Assembly (NCBI GenBank): GCA_964500215.1
Contig: CAZCNA010000002.1
Coordinates: 1-54,353, forward strand
Length of the DNA: 54,353 nucleotides
Direction of reading: 5' to 3'
Origin: an uncultured Candidatus Saccharibacteria bacterium
GTDB lineage: Bacteria; Patescibacteriota; Minisyncoccia; Phycocordibacterales; CAIZLB01
Shown here: in pieces, positions 1 through 8,000 of the stretch
Layout: every line of letters starts with the position of its first letter
Position numbering within the stretch: the first letter of the stretch is position 1
The notes under the pieces: generated by a model
Told to the model about the DNA's origin: nothing
Databases searched by the model: none
Seen by the model: only the letters and a program-made list of their open reading frames with translations
Translations under genes and position numbers: made by a program

Positions 1-1011
1 GATGATATGCTCTACCAACAGCGAAACAAGCTTATTCCTATTGGATACAAGACATTTCCTGAACGAGAATACAAAGATACATTCATTGATGCTGCGACCC
101 ATTTCATGAGCGCCTCAGGTACGCTTGCTGTGCCGTTTTCTGTTGATCCAATGGTAATGTATTGGAACAAAGACATTTTTGCATCTTCTGCGGTTGCTCG
201 TCCTCCACGATTGTGGACAGACCTCACCGTTATGGGTCCGGCACTCATCAAAAAAAGCGATACTTCAAGCATCGAACAGGCTATGGTGCCATTTGGTGAA
301 TATCGAAATGTGACGAATGCAAAACAGATCTTGGCAACATTGTTTTTCCAGGCGGGCACAAATATTGTGAGCTCTTCGCCAACATCTGGTGAAGCATATG
401 CGTCTCTCGATGAAAATAATACAAACTCAATCGTAGCGCCCGCTGAAGCAGTACTCTCTTTCTTTACTGAATTTTCAAATCCAGTGAAGCCTCTCTATAC
501 ATGGAATCGTTCGTTGCCTGATTCTCTCGATGCGTTTTTGGCAGGAGATTTGGCAATCTATTTTGGCAGAGCCAGCGAATATCGAACAATTCGATCAAAG
601 AATCCAAACTTGAATTTTGATGTGGCCCTCATGCCTCAAGCCAACGAAACACCAAAAGTGACATATGGAAGCATGACAGCATTCGGTATTGTTCGAAATT
701 CTCAAAATACTGCGGGTGCATTGGCTGTAGTGAATCAATTGACCAGCGCAAAAAGTATTGGATATTGGTCAGAAATCACAGGTTTGCCACCCGTTCGTCG
801 AGATCTTCTCGTAGAGAAGCCAGATGAAGCATACAAGGCAGTGTTTGCGGAAGCCGCACTCCAGTCAAAGACTTGGTCAGATCCAGATCCACAGCAGTCC
901 GATATCGTCTTCCAGAATATGGTAGAATCTGTGACAACAGGCCGAAACAAAGGCAGTGATGCAATCTCAACAGCAAAACTTCAGCTTGATAACTTACTCA
1001 AGGATAATTAA
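1..1011 (+). CDS. extracellular solute-binding protein of an ABC transporter (C-terminal ~335 aa; 5' end outside window)
   Basis: The frame is open to the window edge (listed ORF 7..1011). It is a soluble alpha/beta-looking protein with segments typical of family-1 solute-binding proteins (MVMYWNKDIF, FGEYRN, LAIYFGRASE). Family call is from memory of the fold family only. Confidence 0.5.
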   Translation, partial: DDMLYQQRNKLIPIGYKTFPEREYKDTFIDAATHFMSASGTLAVPFSVDPMVMYWNKDIFASSAVARPPRLWTDLTVMGPALIKKSDTSSIEQAMVPFGEYRNVTNAKQILATLFFQAGTNIVSSSPTSGEAYASLDENNTNSIVAPAEAVLSFFTEFSNPVKPLYTWNRSLPDSLDAFLAGDLAIYFGRASEYRTIRSKNPNLNFDVALMPQANETPKVTYGSMTAFGIVRNSQNTAGALAVVNQLTSAKSIGYWSEITGLPPVRRDLLVEKPDEAYKAVFAEAALQSKTWSDPDPQQSDIVFQNMVESVTTGRNKGSDAISTAKLQLDNLLKDN

Positions 1012-1015
1012 TCAG

Positions 1016-1432
1016 ATGAAACGATTTCAATCTCTCTGCGCACACATGATGGTCGGAATGCTGATGCTCTCTTTTTTTACGTCTATCGCACTGCCTGTGC
1101 ATGATGCGTCTGCTCAACAATTGGTGACCAAGATTACTGTGCTTCAGAAGTGTAATGATTCATCAGGATGTGGATGGCAAGATTTCCTCCAGTTGGTACG
1201 AGAGGGGCTCGGATTTATGTTCTTTCTCGCATCCCTTTTGATTGTCATATCTATCTCGTATGCAGGATGGTTGTTCATCACAGGAGGATCAAATGAAGGC
1301 AACATCAAAAAGGCAAGAGGCATTCTATGGAATGTTGTTATCGGTGTTGTCTTTATGATGACTGGTTGGTTGATTATTGATTATATTTTGACAACATTAG
1401 GTGTGGGTGAAGATTATCGATTAATACAATAA
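1016..1432 (+). CDS. TrbC/VirB2-like (T4SS-type) pilin, paralog 1
   Basis: ATG at 1016 lies 4 nt after the upstream stop. It has a signal peptide (…VHDASA/QQ), then two hydrophobic helices split by a charged loop (ITGGSNEGNIKKARGILWNVVIGVVFMM). The next four ORFs share this architecture. Confidence 0.6.
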   Translation: MKRFQSLCAHMMVGMLMLSFFTSIALPVHDASAQQLVTKITVLQKCNDSSGCGWQDFLQLVREGLGFMFFLASLLIVISISYAGWLFITGGSNEGNIKKARGILWNVVIGVVFMMTGWLIIDYILTTLGVGEDYRLIQ

Positions 1433-1434
1433 AT

Positions 1435-1896
1435 ATGAAAAATTCGGATATCATGAGAAAAATAGGTGTGATGATTGTATCATTTGTGTTTGTTGGTGGT
1501 TATCTCTTTGTGCCATTGGCAATCCAGGCAGCTCCAACAAATGCAGGAACAATAAATAACGGAACAAAAACAGATACATCTAGCATAAACAATGGCAACA
1601 AAACAAATGCAGGCACGATGAATGATGCAAAAATAAAGAATCCTATCCAATCAGTAGGCAGCCTTAGTCAGTTCCTCGTAAAAATTCTCGAAATCTTCAA
1701 AATTCTTGCAGCTATGGTTGTCGTATTTTTCATCATTTATGCTGGTCTTCAGTATGTTCTTGCCAGAGGTGATGAAGGTGCTATCAAGAAAGCTCACCAA
1801 ACATTATTATGGACAGTAGTGGGGGCAGCTATTCTCCTCGGTGCCGAAGTTATTTCACGAGTAATAGAAGGTACAGTTAAAGAATTAGCAAAATAA
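1435..1896 (+). CDS. TrbC/VirB2-like pilin, paralog 2 (N/T/G-rich spacer after signal peptide)
   Basis: Starts 2 nt after paralog 1. It has a signal peptide (LAIQAAPTN), a low-complexity NNGTKT repeat region, then the helix-loop-helix core IYAGLQYVLARGDEGAIKKAHQTLLWTVVGAAILLG. Confidence 0.6.
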   Translation: MKNSDIMRKIGVMIVSFVFVGGYLFVPLAIQAAPTNAGTINNGTKTDTSSINNGNKTNAGTMNDAKIKNPIQSVGSLSQFLVKILEIFKILAAMVVVFFIIYAGLQYVLARGDEGAIKKAHQTLLWTVVGAAILLGAEVISRVIEGTVKELAK

Positions 1897-1897
1897 T

Positions 1898-2290
1898 ATG
1901 AAGACATTTTTTTCACATATAAAGACGGGTGCTATCCTCGGATCTGCGGGTGCTTTATTTATTCCACAGAGTACATTAGCAGCTCCAAGAGCTCAGATCG
2001 TAGGAACAGGTAATTCAACAGTTTCGAATTTTAGAGATTTGGTGATGAAAATTTCTGAAATGATTAACCTTGTTATTCCGATTGTCATTTCATTAACCGT
2101 TCTCGTTTTCATCTGGGGAATCTTTCGAATGGTGCTCGCAGGAGGGGATACGGATGCCCGAAAAGAGGCACGTTCAACTATTGTTTTCGGTATTGTGGGA
2201 CTCTTTGTGATGGTCTCTGTATGGGGACTTGTAAACATTCTCAAGTCATCATTCTTTGGTGGTGGTCTCGTTATCCCACAGCTCAAATAA
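1898..2290 (+). CDS. TrbC/VirB2-like pilin, paralog 3
   Basis: Starts 1 nt after paralog 2. Signal peptide is STLAAPRAQ. The core FIWGIFRMVLAGGDTDARKEARSTIVFGIVGLFVMVSVWGLVNIL shares a 14-aa identical block (LFVMVSVWGLVNIL) with paralog 4. Confidence 0.65.
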   Translation: MKTFFSHIKTGAILGSAGALFIPQSTLAAPRAQIVGTGNSTVSNFRDLVMKISEMINLVIPIVISLTVLVFIWGIFRMVLAGGDTDARKEARSTIVFGIVGLFVMVSVWGLVNILKSSFFGGGLVIPQLK

Positions 2291-2402
2291 ATCGCATTTC
2301 GAATCCACAGGTAGAATTGTGAATAGTCGGTAATAAGCGGTATAATACAAGGTGACTTTTAATTAATATTAAGGTCGCTTATAAGAAGCATAAAATTACG
2401 AA

Positions 2403-2771
2403 ATGAAAAAAGTACTTAGTAGTTTTGGAGTTATTGCACTTGCAGCCCTTCCTGTAGTTGCGAGCGCTCAGAGCATCGGAGGCGTAATGGGTCTTCTTGA
2501 TCAAGCTAGTCAGCTTATCAACAGACTTATTCCATTCGTTATTGCTCTTACAGTTCTCATCTTCCTTTGGGGTATTCTTAAGTTTGTTATCTCAAATGAT
2601 GCTGAAGGACGAAAGGAGGCTCGAGGATACATGATCTGGGGAGTGATCTCACTCTTCGTGATGGTATCTGTTTGGGGTCTCGTAAACATCTTGGTTCGAA
2701 GTGTGAACCTCGATAATACAGCACCACCAGCACCTGGACTTCCTAACCCAGGCGGATTCTACGCATCATAA
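2403..2771 (+). CDS. TrbC/VirB2-like pilin, paralog 4
   Basis: Signal peptide is PVVASAQS. Core is FLWGILKFVISNDAEGRKEARGYMIWGVISLFVMVSVWGLVNIL. At the DNA level it differs from paralog 3 mostly at synonymous positions (2197-2240 versus 2651-2692). Confidence 0.65.
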   Translation: MKKVLSSFGVIALAALPVVASAQSIGGVMGLLDQASQLINRLIPFVIALTVLIFLWGILKFVISNDAEGRKEARGYMIWGVISLFVMVSVWGLVNILVRSVNLDNTAPPAPGLPNPGGFYAS

Positions 2772-2784
2772 TTAACACTATCCC

Positions 2785-3063
2785 ATGGAATCTGCACTCA
2801 AACTCATTCATAACTTCAACCGTATTATTTTAAATCCAATAATATATTTGATGTTCGCTGTCGCTCTTATTGTATTCGTATACGGTGTATTTGAATACGT
2901 ACGGCAATCAGACAGCTCAGATGAACGAGCAAAGGGCACACAGCATATGCTATGGGGTATCGTTGGTATGTTTATCATGATATCCGTATTCGGAATCATG
3001 AAGCTCATTATGGGATCGTTTGGTATCAGTGGGGGCAACCTCAACCAAGTGATTCCACTCTAA
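2785..3063 (+). CDS. TrbC/VirB2-like small membrane protein, paralog 5 (no obvious signal peptide)
   Basis: It has the same helix / charged loop / helix core (VYGVFEYVRQSDSSDERAKGTQHMLWGIVGMFIMISVFGIMKLI) but only 92 aa. Confidence 0.5.
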   Translation: MESALKLIHNFNRIILNPIIYLMFAVALIVFVYGVFEYVRQSDSSDERAKGTQHMLWGIVGMFIMISVFGIMKLIMGSFGISGGNLNQVIPL

Positions 3064-3095
3064 GAAGAATCCTCTTCTGCGCAGAAGATCAGAAA

Positions 3096-3119
3096 GCCGC
3101 ACTCTCTGTGCGGTTTTCT
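3096..3119 (+). terminator. intrinsic terminator closing the pilin array
   Basis: Hairpin GCCGCAC-tctct-GTGCGGT followed by TTTT. Confidence 0.6.
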
Positions 3120-3204
3120 ATTTGTCAGTGTATATAAACGGTGATGAAGAACTCATACATTTTTAATAAAGGAAATATGAAAATGAACTATTGAAAAATA
3201 TGTC

Positions 3205-3252
3205 AAAAAGAAAAGCGAGAACGTCGTTGGCCGAAGCCGAAACGTTCTCGCT
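3205..3252 (-). terminator. intrinsic terminator of the 3301..3951 gene
   Basis: Perfect 11-bp stem AGCGAGAACGT / ACGTTCTCGCT. On the minus strand a T-run follows it (plus-strand A-run 3205-3213). Confidence 0.7.
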
Positions 3253-3300
3253 TTGTGCAGGATTAGGACCTGCTCCTCATGCCCTGAGGAAGTGGGGAGA

Positions 3301-3951
3301 TCAATGTCGGACGATCTTGACCGCTACTGGCTTCTGAGAAGCCGATAGGAAGCACACTGTGAGTATCCCGTTGCCCGGACTCGGGACAATACGTGCAGGG
3401 TTCTTTTGGATTTTCTCCTCCGAATCCAGCTCGTAGTATGTCGACGTCGGCCCATAGAGCAGGTATGCCCGGCCTTGGTCATCGTCCACTCGGTTCACGA
3501 TGAGGACGATACTGTCCGTGTCCTCTATCTCGGGGGCCCATCCTGTGAGGGAGCTGACGTCATACGTCTGTCCACCCTCATCCACGGGCTTCGCAATCAG
3601 CAAGGCACCTACCTTGAGCTTGCGAGGCGTAGTCTGGGACGTGGTCGGCTTTTCAGCTTTCCACACGAACGCCCCTGTGACCGGACGGTTGTCGTCCGCA
3701 CTTTGGCGAACGAACAGTCCACTGACTGTCGCTGCCGTCGCCGTTCCCGTGGTGGGAGCTGTGGACGATGCCGTTGCCGCAGTGGTCGGTTGCGTTTTGG
3801 ACGCATTCGGGTTGGGGATGTTCAGGTACACCCAGATGGCCAGAATGACGAAGAGGGTGCCAAAGGCAAATCCCCATCCCCATTTCTTACCAGTTTTCTT
3901 ATCCTTGTTGTCGGCTGTTGCCGGTGTGTTGTTCGTATTGGCCTTAGCCAT
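3301..3951 (-). CDS. hypothetical membrane-anchored protein with Thr/Ala-rich linker (higher-GC gene)
   Basis: AAGGAAA lies 9-10 nt upstream of the ATG. It has an N-terminal TM helix (WGWGFAFGTLFVILAIWVYL), a T/A-rich linker and a beta-rich C-terminal domain. I recognise no family. Confidence 0.5.
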   Translation of the reverse strand: MAKANTNNTPATADNKDKKTGKKWGWGFAFGTLFVILAIWVYLNIPNPNASKTQPTTAATASSTAPTTGTATAATVSGLFVRQSADDNRPVTGAFVWKAEKPTTSQTTPRKLKVGALLIAKPVDEGGQTYDVSSLTGWAPEIEDTDSIVLIVNRVDDDQGRAYLLYGPTSTYYELDSEEKIQKNPARIVPSPGNGILTVCFLSASQKPVAVKIVRH

Positions 3952-3987
3952 GATTTTGGTTTCCTTTCTGTCGAGTTGCCTCGACTA

Positions 3988-5046
3988 TTATATGGTTGTT
4001 CCTGGAACGGGTGCGTTAGTGCCACCGCCAGGGTTAAGACTTGCATTGACTGCCATGCCGCGTTCCCAATCGGAGCCGCCGTTGATGCTCACCGTGCGGT
4101 GAGGCACCTTGTTGAGCGACGACAGGATTTCCTGCCGCGCCAGCAAAACAGCGGTTTTTGCATCGAGCTTGCCACCCTCGACACTCATGTAGAACGCGGT
4201 GCGTCCCTTAATGAGGTTTTGAATGTGAGCCTGTTCGATTTCCTCCTTCTCCTTCTGGGCCTTCTCAATCCGCGCACCCTCTTGTTGAGTTTGCACTTCT
4301 TTTGATGGCAGGAATTTGGGGACGGTGATAGCCGCGTAGTTGATCTCGATAGGATATCCTTCGATGATCGCAGCAATCTTGCGCTCCAAGTTTTTCCGGA
4401 AGTATTGTTCCATCGGGACCTTGGTTTGTCCCTGAAATGGAGTTTTGACTTCTTCCGGCATTTCTGGATCGTTGAGCGTCACCTCCGCACCTTTTTGAAG
4501 GGTGTCGGAGAAAACGTTTCCAGCCAAGTCACGAATGACCTGTACAGTAGCGTCTCTGATCTGTGTGAGGACGCCGTCGCTTTCGTAAGCGGTGAGGCTC
4601 AAAAAAGCGTCATTGATCCTGTATGGGACATTGGCGCGAGCCAACATCGTCAATTTGTCCGAGGATGTCACAGTGAAGCCTTGATCGGTATCACTGTAAT
4701 TTTTCGGAATCGACAACGTCGTCCAGGTTGTTACGACCTCCGCGACTGAGAAGAATGGAGGTAGGGGATTTCTCCCTTTTCCCAAACTAAACAGTGACAG
4801 TGGTCGATCAAAGAACCGGGGCACGCCTTCTTTGTCGTCGTCCACGACGTGGCCAGTGGCCCACGACCAGAGGACTCCGGCGAATACGATTACCCACAGG
4901 AACTTGTAAAGCCCTGGGGTGATTACCTCCGGTCCCCACGCCCATTTGGCAGCGAAGATGAAGATTTGCATCAGCAGGATGTAGATCGCCGAGACGGCAA
5001 TCGTTAGAATCAGCCGGTTAACCGACTTGAAAACAGTAGTCTTCAT
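3988..5046 (-). CDS. SPFH/band-7-like membrane protein (higher-GC gene)
   Basis: It has N-terminal TM helices. A core resembles SPFH domains (TSSDKLTMLARANVPYRINDAF, IRDATVQVIRDLAGNVFSDTL, GYPIEINYAAITVP). A charged coiled-coil tail follows (EGARIEKAQKEKEEIEQAH). Motif-level call only. Confidence 0.45.
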   Translation of the reverse strand: MKTTVFKSVNRLILTIAVSAIYILLMQIFIFAAKWAWGPEVITPGLYKFLWVIVFAGVLWSWATGHVVDDDKEGVPRFFDRPLSLFSLGKGRNPLPPFFSVAEVVTTWTTLSIPKNYSDTDQGFTVTSSDKLTMLARANVPYRINDAFLSLTAYESDGVLTQIRDATVQVIRDLAGNVFSDTLQKGAEVTLNDPEMPEEVKTPFQGQTKVPMEQYFRKNLERKIAAIIEGYPIEINYAAITVPKFLPSKEVQTQQEGARIEKAQKEKEEIEQAHIQNLIKGRTAFYMSVEGGKLDAKTAVLLARQEILSSLNKVPHRTVSINGGSDWERGMAVNASLNPGGGTNAPVPGTTI

Positions 5047-5278
5047 ATTTGGTATTGGTTTGTCAAAGATCTCTACCGCCGCCTCCCGTTAGGAGACAGA
5101 AGAGTCTCTAACGAGTGTGTATTTTTGGTTGGTTGGTGGCCCTGCGTAATGCGTGGCCTGGTTAGATTGGTAAACCGCAAACGGACGGTTAATTCGTATA
5201 CAAGTATAGCACGTTTTGTGCTTTTGTCAAGCGTGGCATGTGTTGAATATACATTCAATTTATATTCTCTGCTGTATA

Positions 5279-5307
5279 CAAAAAAACCACAGGAGGGTAT
5301 TGTGGTT
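5279..5307 (-). terminator. intrinsic terminator of the 5320..5955 gene
   Basis: Stem AACCACA / TGTGGTT with a T-run on the minus strand (plus-strand A-run 5280-5286). Confidence 0.55.
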
Positions 5308-5319
5308 GTTATTCTGCAT

Positions 5320-5955
5320 TTACATTTCTTTTAATCTCTGATTTGCCCTTTCGAGATCAATTTTATCCCCATCAGATAATTTGTTTCCATATTCTTCAGG
5401 GGCCCTCACTACTCGAATAGTGTTCTCAAGAACCTCTTTTGGGCCCCATTCCCAACGAGGTTTAGTAACATGAGCAGGTTGAATACCAATATTTCCGTTA
5501 TTATCTTCATAAAAAATTTGAACGTATCCAACCCATTCATGATTCAATGATTGTGCAACATTTGCATGGGCATTTTCGTGTGATAATAAGTCCTCAGCCC
5601 ATCTTTCGATATTTTCATAGTCATTCTCAATTTGTTCGCGATATGTTTGTCCCAATTGTTTCAACATTTCCTTGAACTCTATAAGATTATCTGCGATGGC
5701 GCTGTGTTCCAAAATTTCCTTTTCTATAGCATTCTCTGCGATGATTTGTTCTGTATCTCGGTACCCAGAATTAAAGAATTTTTTATCAAATTCAGCCAAC
5801 TTTTCCTCTAATTCTAGAAGACGGCCCAATGTGATGGGATTATTTCGTGCAAATTCCAGCCTCGTAGCAATTTTTTCTCTCATATTTTCTAAATATAAAT
5901 CGCTGTCTGTTTTTTGAGAGTTTTTAATAATTTCTGGTTTTTCTAAATTGATCAT
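5320..5955 (-). CDS. hypothetical protein with an HExxH motif
   Basis: 211-aa ORF of backbone-like low GC. Its only recognisable element is HENAH (in LLSHENAHANVAQ), a possible zinc-metallopeptidase signature. Confidence 0.4.
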   Translation of the reverse strand: MINLEKPEIIKNSQKTDSDLYLENMREKIATRLEFARNNPITLGRLLELEEKLAEFDKKFFNSGYRDTEQIIAENAIEKEILEHSAIADNLIEFKEMLKQLGQTYREQIENDYENIERWAEDLLSHENAHANVAQSLNHEWVGYVQIFYEDNNGNIGIQPAHVTKPRWEWGPKEVLENTIRVVRAPEEYGNKLSDGDKIDLERANQRLKEM

Positions 5956-6131
5956 TTTTTATTTATATATAGTAACATTTTTATATATGTTATTACCAGA
6001 AGAGTATGTCTGAGTGCCACCTAGGACTATAAATTGTAGATGTCTTATGCTGGATGTTAAGCATAAATAGCATAGCCCCGCTGGGGGAATCTTATGCTAA
6101 AGTGAGTTAAATGATATTAAACTTGATTTTG

Positions 6132-6212
6132 TGCGCGGGAGAGGACTTGAACCTCCACGCCTTTCGACACTTGCTCCTAAGGCAAGCGCGGCTACCGTTA
6201 CGCCACCCGCGC
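6132..6212 (-). tRNA. tRNA-Leu (anticodon UAG)
   Basis: Hand fold gives acceptor GCGCGGG/CCCGCGC and anticodon stem CTTGC/GCAAG with loop CTTAGGA. It has a long variable arm and T-arm GGAGG-TTCAAGT-CCTCT. No encoded CCA. Confidence 0.85.
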
Positions 6213-6337
6213 ATATGATGCATAAAATCAGTTGAAACTGGATTATGTATATATCGACTAATCCGTTAACTGATTTTACTCAATCATAATACATGATTTT
6301 TCGGATTTTAAAAGCTACGAACGGAGTGTAGTGATTG

Positions 6338-6414
6338 TGGTCCACCCAGTAGGAATCGAACCTACGACCAATCGCTTAAGAGGCGAGTGCTCTACCAGCT
6401 GAGCTATGGGTGGA
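6338..6414 (-). tRNA. tRNA-Lys (anticodon CUU), CCA encoded
   Basis: Hand fold gives acceptor TCCACCC/GGGTGGA, anticodon loop CTCTTAA and T-arm GTAGG-TTCGATT-CCTAC. The 3' CCA is present in the DNA. Confidence 0.85.
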
Positions 6415-6519
6415 TATTCTTTTTGGACCTACGATTGAAAATACTACCAGAATTTTTGCTTCACGGCAACATGGACGAGCGGGAGGTTGTGAGGTGTTGA
6501 TATGGATTTCATAATCGTT

Positions 6520-6528
6520 TGATATAAT
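6520..6528 (+). promoter_or_regulatory. extended -10 box TGATATAAT, 6 nt upstream of ATG 6535 (leaderless geometry)
   Basis: TATAAT at 6523-6528 with TG at -15/-14. Only AAATAT separates it from the start codon, and there is no Shine-Dalgarno. Confidence 0.55.
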
Positions 6529-6534
6529 AAATAT

Positions 6535-7383
6535 ATGAAAATATTCTGTAGATTGCTGCGTGCTGTTGGGTATGTTGTCTTTCCGCTTGCGTTTCTGATT
6601 ATCTCTTTTTTTATGGTGCTTCAATTGGCGACTGAACCGTCGAATAATCGTAATTGGAATGATGATCAAGCTGTGCTTCCGTATGCTGATATAAACGGTG
6701 ACCTCGTGTATGTGCACAATATCCGTAACTTCACGTATGCGACGACTACAGAGTATGTGAAAGGGTATTATGACAAGACCTTCAACCTCAAGGATATCCG
6801 TCACGTATGGTACGTTGTGGAGCCTTTCTCGGGCATTCCTGGGTCAGCACATACGTTCTTGAGCTTTGAATTTGCTGATAATCAATTTGTGTCTGTATCT
6901 GTCGAAATTCGAAAAGAAAAAGGGGAGTCTTTCCATCCGGTAAAAGGATTACTCAATCAATATGAACTCATGTATGTAGTCGCTGATGAACGTGATGTGG
7001 TGAAGCTTCGTTCGAATTATCGACAAGACCTCGTGTATGTATATCCGATGAAAGCGGATACAGAAAAAGTTCAGAAATTATTCATTGACATGATGAATCG
7101 AGTGAACCAGCTTCAAGTGCACCCTGAATTCTATAACACGCTCACCAACACCTGCACAACGAACATCGTTCATCACGTCAACTCCATCTCCCCACATCGG
7201 GTGCCTTTATATAATCTTCAGGTTTTGTTTCCTGCAAATTCAGATCGACTTGCGTATGAGTTGGGGCTCATTGATACAACGCTCTCTTTTGAAGAAGCTC
7301 GTAAGCGCTTTTTCATAAATGAAAAAGCGCTCAAATACGCAGACAGTCCTGATTTTTCGGTGAAGATTCGAGCTGAGAAGTAG
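6535..7383 (+). CDS. DUF4105 (Lnb N-terminal periplasmic domain-like) membrane protein
   Basis: An N-terminal TM helix is followed by SNNRNWNDDQAVLPYADINGDLVYVHNIRNF, AHTFLSFEF, VEIRKEKGESF and ELMYVVADERDVVKLRSNYR. These match my memory of DUF4105 conserved blocks. Confidence 0.6.
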   Translation: MKIFCRLLRAVGYVVFPLAFLIISFFMVLQLATEPSNNRNWNDDQAVLPYADINGDLVYVHNIRNFTYATTTEYVKGYYDKTFNLKDIRHVWYVVEPFSGIPGSAHTFLSFEFADNQFVSVSVEIRKEKGESFHPVKGLLNQYELMYVVADERDVVKLRSNYRQDLVYVYPMKADTEKVQKLFIDMMNRVNQLQVHPEFYNTLTNTCTTNIVHHVNSISPHRVPLYNLQVLFPANSDRLAYELGLIDTTLSFEEARKRFFINEKALKYADSPDFSVKIRAEK

Positions 7384-7392
7384 TATTATATG

Positions 7393-7477
7393 TGCCCAGG
7401 GCGGGACTCGAACCCGCACGACGTTTAACGGTCAGAGGATTTTAAGTCCTCCGTGTCTACCATTCCACCACCCGGGC
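7393..7477 (-). tRNA. tRNA-Leu (anticodon UAA)
   Basis: Hand fold gives acceptor GCCCGGG/CCTGGGC, anticodon stem GAGGA/TCCTC with loop CTTAAAA, a long variable arm, and T-arm GCGGG-TTCGAGT-CCCGC. Confidence 0.85.
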
Positions 7478-7513
7478 ATATGGGATTGTGAAGCAAAGTA
7501 CTCTCTTTGCAGG

Positions 7514-7587
7514 AGGCGTAGGCCGGGATCGAACCGGCGCATAGCAGTTTTGCAGACTGCCGCGTTGACCAACTTCGCCACTACGCC
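7514..7587 (-). tRNA. tRNA-Cys (anticodon GCA)
   Basis: Hand fold gives acceptor GGCGTAG/CTACGCC, anticodon stem GCAGT/ACTGC with loop CTGCAAA, and T-arm GCCGG-TTCGATC-CCGGC. Confidence 0.85.
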
Positions 7588-7633
7588 TTTGTATAGCCCT
7601 CGCTATAATAACCGCTCACTCATTGTAATTGAA

Positions 7634-7999
7634 CTATGCTGTTTCATCAACAGCACCATTTTCAGAGGCACCTGCGCCTGGCTCAATAGTCAACTCATCA
7701 ATCTTCTGGCGGTTTTTTTCGCCTTTGTCGATTTCGAAGTCGAATGTAGGGATTGCTCGGAGACGAGCGTTGTCTTTTACATAATCTCGAAATGGGCCGC
7801 GCATCCGTTTGAGGAAATCGAGCGCGGCCTTTTCTTTGTCCGCAGGAAGAACAGTAACGAAAATATTCGCGATATTGCTTCGTGAGTGTAAATCAATACT
7901 TGTCACGGTGATAAGTGACGTACGGTTTGATTCTCGCTGCAAAAATTGTGCTGCGAGTTCTTTGAGTTGATCTGCCATTCGTTGGTCGTGGTATGTCAT
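7634..7999 (-). CDS. rbfA: ribosome-binding factor A
   Basis: 121 aa, starting 2 nt after the infB stop (the classic infB-rbfA order). It has RbfA-like blocks (RMADQLKELAAQFLQRE, ITVTSIDLHSRSNIANIFV, RLRAIPTFDFEID). Confidence 0.8.
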   Translation of the reverse strand: MTYHDQRMADQLKELAAQFLQRESNRTSLITVTSIDLHSRSNIANIFVTVLPADKEKAALDFLKRMRGPFRDYVKDNARLRAIPTFDFEIDKGEKNRQKIDELTIEPGAGASENGAVDETA

Positions 8000-8000
8000 A

